A DNA stretch of 64,000 bases from Erysipelotrichales bacterium (GCA_017532345.1 JAFXJJ010000005.1:2193-66192), one strand, 5' to 3'; numbered from the stretch's first letter, positions 38,274 through 49,105 are shown. Made by a program: numbers and translations. The notes: generated by a model from the sequence alone, not told the origin.

Positions 38274-38438
38274 ATTATACCTCCTATATTGCCATAAATA
38301 ACTGCTTATTTTGTTATTATACCATGATACACATTACAATTAAATACTTTAACTATTTAATTATCTAAAATCATTATCTCTACACATTATCTTAAAATAC
38401 ATGGTATAATAAAGGATATTAACTAAGGAGTTCTATCT

Positions 38439-38852
38439 ATGAGCTATGATTATAATTGTGGAGTTATTGATGCTTTTAATGAAGTCGTGAAAGCTGGAGT
38501 GAAAGACTTAGCTTTAAGTCATCCAGCTACTAAAGAAGAAATAAATGAACTATTACCATTTGTTGATAGCATAACTACAAAGTACGGTACTCATTATGAA
38601 GTTGAACACGATTTACTAATTACTGATTTATTTCCATATTCTGCCAACAAAGGAAAAACAGTTATCTTATTTTGGAAGAATGATGAAATTATTGATAAGT
38701 ATCATGAACTAAAAGTAAGAAAAGAACAGGCTTTAAAGAATGGTACTTACAATAGTATAAGAGAAGAAATCGCTAAAGCCTTTGGCTTATTATTATCATA
38801 TAGTGAAGAAGCGATAGAACACTATATTAATACCAATACAGAGAAAGAATGA
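38439..38852 (+). CDS. hypothetical protein
   Basis: 137-aa ORF with GGAG RBS. Its TGA stop overlaps the next ORF. No family recognised. Confidence 0.5.
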   Translation: MSYDYNCGVIDAFNEVVKAGVKDLALSHPATKEEINELLPFVDSITTKYGTHYEVEHDLLITDLFPYSANKGKTVILFWKNDEIIDKYHELKVRKEQALKNGTYNSIREEIAKAFGLLLSYSEEAIEHYINTNTEKE

Positions 38853-38863
38853 GGGGGAATATT

Positions 38864-40072
38864 ATGAACAACAAGATGATTCGCAAATATGCGAGAATGC
38901 TAGCAACTGTAGGTATCAACGTTCAGAAGGGACAAAAGGTACTAGTAGAAGCATGTATTGAAGGATATGCTTTCGCTAATATCTTTGCAGAGGAATGTTA
39001 CGAATGTGGAGCTAGTGAGGTAATTATTAATTATTTAGATTTACCATTCTTAAAGACTAAGGCAAAATACCAAAGTTCAGAAGATGTACGTAAAATTGAA
39101 AATTGGGAATATGAACGTTATCAAAAAGCACTAGATGAAGGTGCTTGCACAATCCGCCTTGAAGGCGTTAACCCTAAGCTTATGGAGGATGCTACAGAAG
39201 CACAAGCTAATTCCATCTTTGCTTATGTAGATAATATGCGTAATATTATGCGTAAAGCTTCAAGAGAAAAACATTGTCAATGGTGTATCGCAATGGTACC
39301 AACTGTAGAGTGGGCTACACTAATGTTCCCTGAACTTAATGAGTAAGAAGCTTTAGATAAACTATGGGATATTTTATTTAAACTATGCTACTTAACAGAG
39401 GATAATGACATTGTAGAAGTATGGAAACAAAAGAGTATTGAAAGAAATGAGAATGGGAAAAAGATAGACGCTTTAAAGCTTAAAGCCTTCCATTATACTG
39501 CAAGCAATGGTACTGACTTAACAGTGGAATTAACACCAGAAAGTCGCTTTGGTTATGATATGCCTAAAAATGCACCTAAAGATTTCATATCTTTCAGTCC
39601 AAATATTCCTACCGAAGAAGTTTGTACTTCACCTTACAAGTTTGGTACAAATGGTGTCGTTTATGCTAGCCGTCCATTAATTCTTGGTGGTAAGAAAGTA
39701 GAGAACTTTGGCTTTAGATTTGAGAAAGGTAAGGTTGTTGAAGTTATTGCTAATGAAGGTAAAGAAATGCTTGAAGCATTAATCAATACTGATGAAAATG
39801 CAGGTTATCTAGGTGAATGTGCATTAGTAGAATACAGCTCTCCAATCTCTCAATCTGGCTTAGTATACTATAATACCTTAATTGATGAAAATGCTAGTTG
39901 CCATTTAGCACTAGGTAGAGCATTAACTAATACAACTGGTAAGGAAGATATCTATAATAATTCTACCATTCACATTGACTTCATGATGGGTACTAGTGAT
40001 ATGAATATTGATGGTCTTCAAGAAGATGGTACATGGGTACCAATCTTTAGGAATGGTGATTTTGTAATTTAA
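38864..40072 (+). pseudogene. M29-family aminopeptidase (AmpS/PepS-like) interrupted by one in-frame TAA
   Basis: Track ORFs 38849..39346 and 39524..40072 are in the same frame (offset 675 nt). The 177 nt between them translate without further stops: NE-TAA-EALDKLWDILFKLCYLTEDNDIVEVWKQ...TDLTVELTPESRF. This is contiguous M29 sequence. The TAA is at 39344-39346. Confidence 0.75.
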
Positions 40073-40078
40073 GATAAA

Positions 40079-40113
40079 TAACGTGTAAGTGATATTCAGC
40101 TTACACGTTTTTA
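40079..40113 (+). terminator. intrinsic terminator after the aminopeptidase gene
   Basis: ACGTGTAAG-tgatattcag-CTTACACGT followed by TTTTT. Confidence 0.75.
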
Positions 40114-40341
40114 GTATTTAGAAAGATTACTAATTCATAAATATTTAATTATTATTTTGAAATAAAAAGCTTAGCTACATAGTATACGAATAGGATGCAA
40201 CGAGAATGAGGATACTATCACTTTAACGATACCATGAAAGATTTGATTACAGGTGGCAAAGAACACTTAGAAAAGTCTTTGAAAGTATAGTAAAAAACTA
40301 TTTTAAGAACATAATAAAAAGCATCTTGCGATGCTTTTTAA

Positions 40342-41271
40342 TTATCCAACTACACTATCAACAAACTTAATGATACCAGCTTCTACTTCATCCTTTAAGT
40401 CTTTATAATTATGGATTTCATGGCGATATCCTTCGTATAGCTTAGTTTCAACCTTATGACCAGATTCTTCTAACCACTTAGTTACTAGCTTAACACCCTC
40501 ACCAAATGAACCACATGGGTCCTCATCACCAGCAATATTATAAATTGGTAATGCTTTAGGAACGGCATTTGCCCATTCAACAGTATTAACTTCTTTAATC
40601 ATTTCAATGAATTGTAGTAATGAACCATTAGAAGTTGGTTTAGTAAATGCATCAAATGGATCTTGTGCATGATCTAATTGTACATATACATCATGGCAAA
40701 TCCATTCATTGCCTAACTTAACTTCTTCAATACGAGAGAATAAACCACCTAGTAAATTACCAAGCATTGCTGGATCTGATTCATCTGCTTTACCAGCATC
40801 TACAAGAGGCTTCAATAATTCAATACCTTTGTCGCAAGGAACTGCATCAGGACCAACTGTACCACAAATAATTGCACCTGCTAATTCATCTCCATACTTA
40901 GCCATAAATTGACGTAGAATGATAGAGCCCATACTATGACCATAGATGAAATATGGTAAATCAGGATATTTTTCTTGAACTAACTTCTTAAATGTATGCT
41001 CATCTTCCATCATTGTTTCACAACCACGATGACCCCAATTACCCCAAGTATCATTTTCAACTGCAGTCTTACCATGGCCTACATGGTCATCAGCAGCTAC
41101 AATGTACCCAGCTTCCATTAGCTTCACAATCATATGGAAATATCTTCTAGAATGCTCACCAAAACCATGTACTAATTGAATAATACCTTTTGGTTTAGCT
41201 GCTGGAACATAAATCCACCCATATACATTATCACGCTCATTGTACGAAAGAAAACTTATTTCATGTAACAT
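40342..41271 (-). CDS. alpha/beta hydrolase (lysophospholipase / monoacylglycerol-lipase-like)
   Basis: VHGFGEHSRRY and the nucleophile elbow GHSMGS. An AAAAAGCATC-ttgc-GATGCTTTTT terminator lies at 40315-40340. Confidence 0.8.
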   Translation of the reverse strand: MLHEISFLSYNERDNVYGWIYVPAAKPKGIIQLVHGFGEHSRRYFHMIVKLMEAGYIVAADDHVGHGKTAVENDTWGNWGHRGCETMMEDEHTFKKLVQEKYPDLPYFIYGHSMGSIILRQFMAKYGDELAGAIICGTVGPDAVPCDKGIELLKPLVDAGKADESDPAMLGNLLGGLFSRIEEVKLGNEWICHDVYVQLDHAQDPFDAFTKPTSNGSLLQFIEMIKEVNTVEWANAVPKALPIYNIAGDEDPCGSFGEGVKLVTKWLEESGHKVETKLYEGYRHEIHNYKDLKDEVEAGIIKFVDSVVG

Positions 41272-41413
41272 AAATTGTACCTCCTCCTATAAATATTTCT
41301 TTCTTCTACCCTCATAATAACACTTCAATTATAGATGTCAACTACATGATTATCATTCTTTCATTTCTTAAAGCTAAGTGCTATACATAAATGGAAAAAG
41401 AGGTGAGTAATTT

Positions 41414-42256
41414 ATGCAAAAGACCCTACGTCGTTATCCATATTTCATTGGAATTATCATCTTATGTATAATCTCAATCATCGTACAAATATTAGTGATA
41501 TATGATTGCTTTAATCCACTATTAACATTTGAAGTTGATGCTGTTAGTAGCGTAATGTCTACTTGTAGTGAAGTTATTGCTGGTTTATATGGTATCACAT
41601 TAACTGGTTATATTTTCTTTGCAGATCGTTTCCAAAACACTTCTAAAGAAGATGTAAGCTTATATGATGCCGTTCAAGCATTATTACTACGTTATAACCA
41701 CTTAGCTGGTATTATTTCATTAATGTGTCTATTATGTACTGTTAGTGCTGAATTAGTAGTACTATATGGTAACAATACCCTACTACATCCAATTGCATAT
41801 CGCTTTTGGGTAGATGAAACGCTACTATTCTTCTTCTGGAACTTCAACTTCATTTTATATTTCGTCATTAGTGTTTTAGACCCGCAAAAAGTTAGTCGTA
41901 TTAGTAAACAAAAGCGTGAAAAGCTTAGTGCTGATAAAGCACCTGGAGATGCTGATGAATTTATGAAAGATTGGCAAGCAATTGAAGAAATATTGTATGG
42001 TCTTCGTGATAAGCTTGCTGCATCTATCCGTCATATTCCTACTTCCTTCTCTAAAAATAAACCTGAAATTGTTCATACTTTAGAAAACTTAAGAAACTAT
42101 GGGCGTATCAGTAATGGACTATGGAAAAAGCTAAATAAGCTACGTCAATACTATTATTTATCAATGCATGATCCTAATGCTACTATTACACAAGATATGT
42201 GTAAGCTAGCACAAGAGGTTAGAAAAGAATTAGAAGAAAAATATACAAATAAATAA
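41414..42256 (+). CDS. hypothetical membrane protein (4 TM N-terminal half, soluble helical C-terminal half)
   Basis: 280-aa ORF with GAGGTGAG RBS. Hydrophobic segments run to about residue 155, followed by a charged helical tail. Terminator AGACTGTT-15 nt-AACAGTCT-TTTATTTT at 42266-42308. Confidence 0.5.
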   Translation: MQKTLRRYPYFIGIIILCIISIIVQILVIYDCFNPLLTFEVDAVSSVMSTCSEVIAGLYGITLTGYIFFADRFQNTSKEDVSLYDAVQALLLRYNHLAGIISLMCLLCTVSAELVVLYGNNTLLHPIAYRFWVDETLLFFFWNFNFILYFVISVLDPQKVSRISKQKREKLSADKAPGDADEFMKDWQAIEEILYGLRDKLAASIRHIPTSFSKNKPEIVHTLENLRNYGRISNGLWKKLNKLRQYYYLSMHDPNATITQDMCKLAQEVRKELEEKYTNK

Positions 42257-42460
42257 ACTGATAATCTAGACTGTTTGAAAATACATAACCAACAGTCTTT
42301 TATTTTATAATACATACAAGATATTGACTAAATCAGTTCACTATAATTAATATAGGTATGCTTTATATGTTTAGTATAATAACAACCAATCTTAAATTTG
42401 TTACTAGTATAAAGATTTATTCTCATGTATAATGTAAAGGTAAAAATGAAGGAGTATTGT

Positions 42461-43714
42461 ATGATATTAAAACAAATTGATAACGATTTATTAGAAATGG
42501 CTAAACAATCAGATATAGATTTAAAAGAAGTATATGATGAGATTGATAATATATGCTTATATAATTCTAATCGTATTCTATCTGCTTTTATTGAAAATAG
42601 AGTTTCTTATTCAGACTTCGCAGATATCAATGGATACGGTAATTATGATACAGGAAGAGATAAGCTAGAGAAAATCTTCGCATCTGTTTTAGGGTGTGAA
42701 GATGCCTTAGTTCGTCCACATATCATGAGTGGTACTAATGCATTATATCTTGCCTTCTCAGCTTTATTAAAGCATGGAGATACGATGATTTCACTTACTG
42801 GTACGCCTTATGATTCTTTACAAGAAATGATTGGTCTTTGTGGTGAGTCTAGTCAATCTTTAAAAGCACATGGTGTCAAATATGAACAAATTGATTTAGT
42901 AAACAATGAATTTGATGCAGAGAAGATTGTGAATCGTTTAAAAGAAAATAACGTGAAACTAGTTGAAATTCAACGTTCGCGTGGTTATTCTGATAGAGAA
43001 TCTTTATGCTTAGCGAAAATTGAAGAAATGATTTCGAAGATTCGTGAAGTTAATAAAGAAGTAATCATCATGGTTGATAACTGTTATGGTGAATTAGTAG
43101 AAACAAGAGAACCAGGTCATATTGGTGCTGATATTGTTGTTGGTTCACTAATGAAGAATCTTGGTGGTGGGGTTGCTGCTACTGGTGGATACATTGCTGG
43201 TCGTGCCGATTTAATTCAAATGGTGGCTGAACGCTTAACAGCTCCTGGTATTGGGAAAGAATTAGGTGCAAACTTTAACTTAAATAACTCGTTCTTTAAG
43301 GGTCTATTCATGGCACCTAATGCTGTTAAGGGAGCTTTAAAAACAGCTGTATTCTCAGCTTATATGCTAGAGAAACTAGGATTTAATAATGTAGCACCAA
43401 AATATAATGATTATCGTACAGATATCATTCAAACAGTAGAATTAGGTACTAAGGATAATCTAGTTAAGTTTACACAAGGTATCCAAGAATCTTCACCTGT
43501 TGATTCATTTGTTCATGTTATGCCTGCTCCAATGCCTGGCTATCCATTTGATGAAGTTATGGCATGCGGTAGCTTTACACAAGGTAGTACTATTGAATTA
43601 AGTGCTGATGCTCCAGTAATTGAACCATATACTTTATTTATGCAAGGTGGCTTATCTTTAGAATATGGGAAATTATCTATTCTATTAGCACTTACAAAAA
43701 TCAGACAAAAATAG
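42461..43714 (+). CDS. methionine gamma-lyase family (YnbB-like, PLP-dependent) protein
   Basis: Start MILKQIDN after AAGGAG. Sequence resembles the aluminium-resistance / Cys-Met-metabolism PLP family (..SGTNALYLAFSALLKHGD.., ..GSLMKNLGGG..). Confidence 0.65.
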   Translation: MILKQIDNDLLEMAKQSDIDLKEVYDEIDNICLYNSNRILSAFIENRVSYSDFADINGYGNYDTGRDKLEKIFASVLGCEDALVRPHIMSGTNALYLAFSALLKHGDTMISLTGTPYDSLQEMIGLCGESSQSLKAHGVKYEQIDLVNNEFDAEKIVNRLKENNVKLVEIQRSRGYSDRESLCLAKIEEMISKIREVNKEVIIMVDNCYGELVETREPGHIGADIVVGSLMKNLGGGVAATGGYIAGRADLIQMVAERLTAPGIGKELGANFNLNNSFFKGLFMAPNAVKGALKTAVFSAYMLEKLGFNNVAPKYNDYRTDIIQTVELGTKDNLVKFTQGIQESSPVDSFVHVMPAPMPGYPFDEVMACGSFTQGSTIELSADAPVIEPYTLFMQGGLSLEYGKLSILLALTKIRQK

Positions 43715-43715
43715 T

Positions 43716-43744
43716 AAAAGCGAGGAATTATCCTCGCTTTTTGA
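43716..43744. terminator. bidirectional terminator
   Basis: AAAGCGAGGA-atta-TCCTCGCTTT followed by TTG. Confidence 0.75.
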
Positions 43745-43756
43745 TTACTATTCTAT

Positions 43757-44503
43757 TTAGTAAGAGCCTTGTTGTCCACCATCAATACGAATAACACTAT
43801 TGTTTATAAAGTTAGCTTCATCACTTATTAAGAATTTAACTAAATAAGCTACTTCTTCTGGTTTTCCATATCGATTCACTAAGATTTTCTCTTGTTCTGA
43901 TTTCAAGAATTCTTCATCATATCCATCTAATTCTGATTCTGTTCCAATAAATCCAGGTGCAATCGCATTTACATTAACATAAGGTGCAAATTGCATTGAT
44001 AAGTTATGTGTTAAAGATATTAATGCTGCCTTGGAAGCATCATAGTCAAAGCACATTGGATAATATGTATTAATACCATTAGTAGATGAAATATTAATAA
44101 TTCTTCCATATTCTTGATGTAGCATATGCTTATATACTCTCTTACTACAATTATAAGCACCTACTAAATTTACATCTAACGTTCTTCGAAATTCTTCAGC
44201 CGTTTTTAAATGAAATAAATTAGCTGGATCAATAGCTGCATTATTTATTAATACATCTACTCCACCAAGTTCTTTTTCAATTGTAGCTACCATAGTATCT
44301 ACTTCATCTTCTTTAGAAACATCAGCTTGTAGTGCTAGACATCTAACACCATAAGTATTTACAATTGTTTCTTGAAGTTGTTCTGCTTTTTCTTTTGATG
44401 TTAGATAATTAATCACAATATCATAATTATGCCTCGCCAATTCTAAAGCAATCGCTGCACCAATTCCTTTGGCACCACCTGTAACTAATACAACTTTTCT
44501 CAT
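43757..44503 (-). CDS. SDR-family oxidoreductase (FabG-like)
   Basis: VTGGAKGIG cofactor motif and YDASKAA catalytic YxxxK. Confidence 0.85.
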   Translation of the reverse strand: MRKVVLVTGGAKGIGAAIALELARHNYDIVINYLTSKEKAEQLQETIVNTYGVRCLALQADVSKEDEVDTMVATIEKELGGVDVLINNAAIDPANLFHLKTAEEFRRTLDVNLVGAYNCSKRVYKHMLHQEYGRIINISSTNGINTYYPMCFDYDASKAALISLTHNLSMQFAPYVNVNAIAPGFIGTESELDGYDEEFLKSEQEKILVNRYGKPEEVAYLVKFLISDEANFINNSVIRIDGGQQGSY

Positions 44504-44521
44504 AATATGGAAAAAGAGCTA

Positions 44522-45079
44522 TTAAGCTCTTCCTGAATACTTTCCATCAGCTGTAGAAACAACAATTTTTTCGCCTTCTTCAATGAATTGAGGAACACGT
44601 AATGTTAAGCCTGTTTCTGTAACAGCATCTTTTGTTTGAGTTGTTGGTGCACCTTTGATAGCTGGAGCAGTTTCTGTAACTGTTAATTCTACCTTTTCTG
44701 GGATAGCTACATCTAATACTGCACCTTCAAAGAATACTAGTGATACTTCCATACCATCTACGATGTAGTACTTGTTATCACCTAAAAGTTCACCTGCTAA
44801 TTCATATTGTTCATATGATTGCATATCCATGAAGTAGTAAGTAGAGTCTGCTTCATAAGAATATTGAACTGTTTTCTTTTCGATTTGTGCTTGTTCAAAC
44901 TTTGTAGATGCATTGAAGTTTCTTTCTTGTGTAGAACCTGTTTTTAAGTTCTTCATTTTTGTTTTTAAAATCGCAGCACCTTTACCTGGTTTAACGTGTT
45001 GGAAATCTAATACTACCCATGGATCTCCATCAACGATAAGTGTTAATCCTGTTCTGAAATCTCCTGATTCAATTGCCAT
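44522..45079 (-). CDS. efp: translation elongation factor P
   Basis: 185 aa. FQHVKPGKGAAILKTKMKNL is the EF-P loop motif. Confidence 0.95.
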   Translation of the reverse strand: MAIESGDFRTGLTLIVDGDPWVVLDFQHVKPGKGAAILKTKMKNLKTGSTQERNFNASTKFEQAQIEKKTVQYSYEADSTYYFMDMQSYEQYELAGELLGDNKYYIVDGMEVSLVFFEGAVLDVAIPEKVELTVTETAPAIKGAPTTQTKDAVTETGLTLRVPQFIEEGEKIVVSTADGKYSGRA

Positions 45080-45337
45080 AATAATTCTCCTTTAAATATA
45101 TCCCTATTGATTATATCATTTTTATTTAAAATATACAACTAAATCCTTACTTTACTATATATTAGTATGTGAAATTAATGTGTATATAGTACAAAATTAA
45201 TTTAATTTCAACATTCATAATTGAGAAATTTCTCATATTTTTATAGAAATTCTTTATATCTTATGTTATTATCAATAAGGATGCTGTAAGAAAATCAAGT
45301 AATTTTAAACAGCAAATTAATAAAAGGGGGAACTTTT

Positions 45338-46249
45338 ATGTGGTTATTCTTTACCCTAGCAACGACTTTAATATGGGGTATAGCAGAACTTTTCTATAAG
45401 AAAGGTTCATATGAAAATGAGAAATACGACCATTTGAGAGTATGTATTCTAGTAGGTGCAGTTATGGGTATCCATGCGATATTTACACTTCTAACTTCAG
45501 ATATAGTATATAATCCAATGAATCTAATTATGTATTTACCTGTTTCACTATGTTACATAGTATCAATGGCATGTTCTTTCTTTGGAATCAGATTCATTGA
45601 AGAATCATTAGCAGATCCAATTGAAAATACTGCTGGTGCAATGTGTTCACTTCTATGCGTAATCTTTTTAGGAGAAAGTATTCCACCTATGGTTTGGGTT
45701 GCGATTGCCGTAATCACAATCGGTATCATGGGCGTTTCAAAAACAGAAAACAGTGCTGAAGTAAATAGAAAGCAAAAGCTTGGAAAGAAACTAGCTATTA
45801 TTGCTTTCGCTATGCCATTCTGTTATGCATTCATCGATGCACTAGGAAGTTTCTTAGATATCTTCTTCCTAGAAATGGAAACTAGTCCATTAATTGGAGT
45901 TACAGTTGACAACATTGAATTAGTAGCTAATATTTCTTATGAATTGACTTTCGCAATAGTTGGATTAATCTTATTTGCTTTCATGAAATGGAAACGTGTG
46001 AAATTCGAATTAGCTAAACAAAAGGATAAAACTATCGCAGCTATATGTGAAACAGCTGGTCAATTAACTTATGTATATGCTATGAGTGGAAATGGTGCTA
46101 TCGCTGCTCCTATTCTTTCAAGTGTATGTGTTGTATCATTATTATTATCAAGAATCTTCTTAAAGGAAAAGCTTACAAAGAAACAATACTTATTTATTAG
46201 TATCATTATTGCTGGTATACTAATGCTTGCAGTACTTGAAGGTGAATAG
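45338..46249 (+). CDS. EamA/DMT-family transporter
   Basis: 303 aa, 10-TM-like, with two-repeat architecture. Confidence 0.6.
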   Translation: MWLFFTLATTLIWGIAELFYKKGSYENEKYDHLRVCILVGAVMGIHAIFTLLTSDIVYNPMNLIMYLPVSLCYIVSMACSFFGIRFIEESLADPIENTAGAMCSLLCVIFLGESIPPMVWVAIAVITIGIMGVSKTENSAEVNRKQKLGKKLAIIAFAMPFCYAFIDALGSFLDIFFLEMETSPLIGVTVDNIELVANISYELTFAIVGLILFAFMKWKRVKFELAKQKDKTIAAICETAGQLTYVYAMSGNGAIAAPILSSVCVVSLLLSRIFLKEKLTKKQYLFISIIIAGILMLAVLEGE

Positions 46250-46281
46250 TTCTAGTTTATACAAAGCTTTAAATATCAAAA

Positions 46282-46322
46282 ATAAGACGTAGGGTCATCA
46301 TGATGCTCTACGTCTTTTCTTT
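46282..46322 (+). terminator. intrinsic terminator after the DMT transporter gene
   Basis: AAGACGTAG-GGT-CATCATGATG-CT-CTACGTCTT followed by TTCTTTTTC. Confidence 0.75.
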
Positions 46323-46406
46323 TTCTATAATTAAGCATACTTTTCATTACATAAATTACAAATATTAATTATACTTATTATCTTTAAGTATATTTATGAT
46401 ATATCA

Positions 46407-47012
46407 TCATTTTATTCCTAAAGCTTCCCTTATCATCTCTTTTGTAAGATTAAATTTATTTTCTTTTTTCAAATGTATTGTTTCTAAATCCCTGCGAATA
46501 CAGAATAAATATTCTTCTTCTCTAGTCCAAATTTCAAATTGAAGATTATGATCTTCTTCTGGCCAAGTACTTACAACATACTTTAATACTTCTGATACTT
46601 CAACCATCTTGCATTTTTTACCATAAATCGGTCCATAATCATAGTCTTGCGGTATAGCATATCCTCTAATTTCAATATCTACATTTTTAAAATCTTCTAC
46701 AGAATTAATTATTATTTTATTTCTTTCCTTCGCGTCATCAAAGTATTCTTTACAAATCTCTTTAATAATAGATTCATATTCTATATATTCCTCATTTACA
46801 GAATAATGATTTTTAAGAAACCCGTTAAAGCTAATTATAAGCTTACCTCCTTTTTTCGCGAAAATTTGTACATATGTTCTTTGTAGAATCTTTGAATGAC
46901 GTTCACAAAGCTCTCTAATCTCATTAAAATATTCTTCTAAGGTTGTTTGACTTACTATAACATTAGATGGAATATCATGTTCAGGATAAAAATAAGCTAC
47001 AATTTCTGTCAT
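46407..47012 (-). CDS. hypothetical protein, paralog family A (copy 1)
   Basis: 201 aa. Shares IVxYFxP..TLEExF..., IRGYAxP, KCKxxEVSEVL and C-terminal FNLTKEM(I/V)(R/K)EALG with ORF 49132..49725. Confidence 0.7.
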   Translation of the reverse strand: MTEIVAYFYPEHDIPSNVIVSQTTLEEYFNEIRELCERHSKILQRTYVQIFAKKGGKLIISFNGFLKNHYSVNEEYIEYESIIKEICKEYFDDAKERNKIIINSVEDFKNVDIEIRGYAIPQDYDYGPIYGKKCKMVEVSEVLKYVVSTWPEEDHNLQFEIWTREEEYLFCIRRDLETIHLKKENKFNLTKEMIREALGIK

Positions 47013-47106
47013 ATATATCCTCCTATTTTATTCATTAAACATTTATAATTACAACTAGTAAACAAATCAAGAACAAAGACTATTTTGAAAAAAGTATTTT
47101 GCTTTC

Positions 47107-47385
47107 TCAATACATATTTTCCGCAAAATATGTATTACAAATCTCCAAAATAATAGGTTCTAAATATTCGTACCCCTCCTTTATTTGGTAAAGGCCACAT
47201 CCTGATATATCAAACATAGGCTTATCATCTGCCGAATAAACCATAAATTCAAAATATCTTAAATCCTCTTTATAATATTCACAAACGTTTCTTATTTCAT
47301 CAAAACACTCCTCAAGTGTATATATTCCTCCAAAACGAAGTGTTTCTCTTAGGTCAGGTCAAAACGTTAATTTAACTTTATCCAT
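47107..47385 (-). pseudogene. truncated family A copy (N-terminal half only) with in-frame TGA
   Basis: Hand translation gives MDKVKLTF-TGA(47359-47361)-PDLRETLRFGGIYTLEECFDEIRNVCEYYKEDLRYFEFMVYSADDKPMFDISG...NMY-stop. It aligns to the first ~90 aa of family A (YTLEECFEKISIFCEKYKD...). Confidence 0.6.
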
Positions 47386-47408
47386 TATAACCTCCATTCA
47401 ATTTAGTC

Positions 47409-47858
47409 TTATTTATACAACTTTAAAATAATTTCTTCTGGTTCTCCTACTATGACTTGATAATCATCCTCAGTCACATTACATGCTTTACTATGTAATT
47501 CCACTGCATAATGCTGATATTCACAGAAGAATATATACAGTAATTCTCGATATAGATAATGTACTTTTCTAATGTTGTCATTCTTAAAATGGGTATCAGC
47601 TTCATCAAGCTTTTCTTTATTTAGAAGATTTCTTAACTCCTTTAAAGCATCTTCGTATTCTTGTTCATTATTTAGCGCATACTCTTTTAATAAGGCATTA
47701 ATTTCAATAGATACCCTTTCTTCCATTGGTTCTTCTATATTCTCTAAACCTAATTTAGCGATATCATCTAAAACTATTTCTAAATCCTTAATAGCACTTT
47801 CTACAAATAAACTATTATTTGGGAAAGTATCTAATATAAATGCTTTTATTGTCTTCAT
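47409..47858 (-). CDS. hypothetical protein
   Basis: 149-aa acidic helical ORF in the minus-strand string. No family recognised. Confidence 0.55.
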   Translation of the reverse strand: MKTIKAFILDTFPNNSLFVESAIKDLEIVLDDIAKLGLENIEEPMEERVSIEINALLKEYALNNEQEYEDALKELRNLLNKEKLDEADTHFKNDNIRKVHYLYRELLYIFFCEYQHYAVELHSKACNVTEDDYQVIVGEPEEIILKLYK

Positions 47859-47941
47859 AGTAACATTTCTCCTATTATGACGTGGCTACCACTAGTATAG
47901 TATCCGTTTATATACATCAACCTTTAAATAGTGGGAGTATC

Positions 47942-48208
47942 TTATTCTTTTGTTTTATCTGTAGGTTTTACTACAAAAGATGCTTTCCAAGCAGCCATTT
48001 TCTCATGATCCTTCTTTTCAAGATTCTTCTCCAGCTCTTCAATATCTTTTTTTGTGAAAATCCATTGTGGATTCTCCTCAGTAGAGCTAGGTAACTCTGT
48101 ACCTGGCAATATTCCCCTTCTTGCAAAAAGAAGTATATTAATTGGATTTATCTTAAACAATACAGCAACCTCTTCTACAGTATACACTTTATTTTCATCT
48201 AAATTCAT
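47942..48208 (-). CDS. small helix-turn-helix protein (excisionase/MerR-superfamily-type HTH)
   Basis: 88 aa. YTVEEVAVLFKINPINILLFARRGILPG is an HTH_17-like motif. Confidence 0.55.
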   Translation of the reverse strand: MNLDENKVYTVEEVAVLFKINPINILLFARRGILPGTELPSSTEENPQWIFTKKDIEELEKNLEKKDHEKMAAWKASFVVKPTDKTKE

Positions 48209-48229
48209 AATTCTACTCTCCTTCTCTAA

Positions 48230-48643
48230 TTAAAATTTATCGATATGCACATCTATTTTCACACCTGGCAAGAATTGTTCTTCCTCAGCAAGCCAAGTAA
48301 TTCCATAAACATTTTTGAAAAACTCCTTTTTCAAATAAATATATTCATTTCTTGATATCTCCATGTAATCTATATTATATTCTTCTAAAATGTTATGAAA
48401 TTCATCACACTTATCAAAATAATCCTGTGATGTGAAATAACCACCTTTTCTATATTCAGGAAGTAAATAATCATCTTTATTCCACGCTGGAACGGGTGGT
48501 TTATTATCATCAAACAATCCTAATTCATGACATTCTAAGAGATTATTCCATCTTTCGAATTCTCTTTCATCAGTACAGCCATTTGCTTCTAACTCAGCAA
48601 GTTTATCTTTTATTTCTTTTATGCATTCCTCTCTGCGATTCAT
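48230..48643 (-). CDS. hypothetical protein
   Basis: Start MNRREE at 48643 after a strong GGAGG. 137 aa, acidic and aromatic-rich. Confidence 0.55.
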   Translation of the reverse strand: MNRREECIKEIKDKLAELEANGCTDEREFERWNNLLECHELGLFDDNKPPVPAWNKDDYLLPEYRKGGYFTSQDYFDKCDEFHNILEEYNIDYMEISRNEYIYLKKEFFKNVYGITWLAEEEQFLPGVKIDVHIDKF

Positions 48644-48763
48644 AAATAACCTCCTAATACTGATAATACTATTCATACATCTTCACTCAGAGCTAAATAC
48701 TTTTTCTTATAAACAAGCTAACTATCATTACTACATATTATACCATAATACATGTATCATACG

Positions 48764-49105
48764 TCAGTTTGTCCATTCAATTTCTTCAGAGCCTTCAAAT
48801 ATATCTTTGTTGTAGATACCATCATCTCCTTCCATTTGTTTATATAAAGTGTAATCTACTAATTCTGCACATGGTTTGTTGTTTGCATCTGTTTTCGTAA
48901 CTGAATAATCCCATGTTCTGATAGTATATTTAGTACCATCGATTATTAAGTAAATTCTTTTATTAACCTCAATACCCTCAATAATTGCTTCTTTATAGCT
49001 AATATTACTTTTTTCTAAAACTGTTTCTACAAAGGAATCAATCCATTTAATATAGCTTGATTCCTCCAATTTATTAATAATTCCTTTACTAGTTTCTTTC
49101 TCCAT
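48764..49105 (-). CDS. hypothetical protein
   Basis: 113-aa ORF in the same-strand string. Confidence 0.5.
   Translation of the reverse strand: MEKETSKGIINKLEESSYIKWIDSFVETVLEKSNISYKEAIIEGIEVNKRIYLIIDGTKYTIRTWDYSVTKTDANNKPCAELVDYTLYKQMEGDDGIYNKDIFEGSEEIEWTN

Noticed and set aside
40113-40315. Short reading frames between the aminopeptidase terminator and the hydrolase terminator (for example MKDLITGGKEHLEKSLKV), considered as a small gene or sRNA.
   Set aside because: The frame is only 18 codons with no RBS and no recognisable structure. It is most likely a remnant of a decayed gene.
47359-47361. An in-frame TGA at a position where paralogs have an aromatic or hydrophobic residue (VKLTF-TGA-PDL versus IVYFVPD / VAYFYPE) suggested TGA=Trp, the Mollicutes-type genetic code 4.
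   Set aside because: TGA clearly functions as a stop elsewhere, for example at 38850-38852 where it ends the 137-aa ORF. All long housekeeping ORFs are intact under the standard code with no internal TGA. This copy is also truncated to its N-terminal half, so ordinary pseudogenisation is the simpler explanation.
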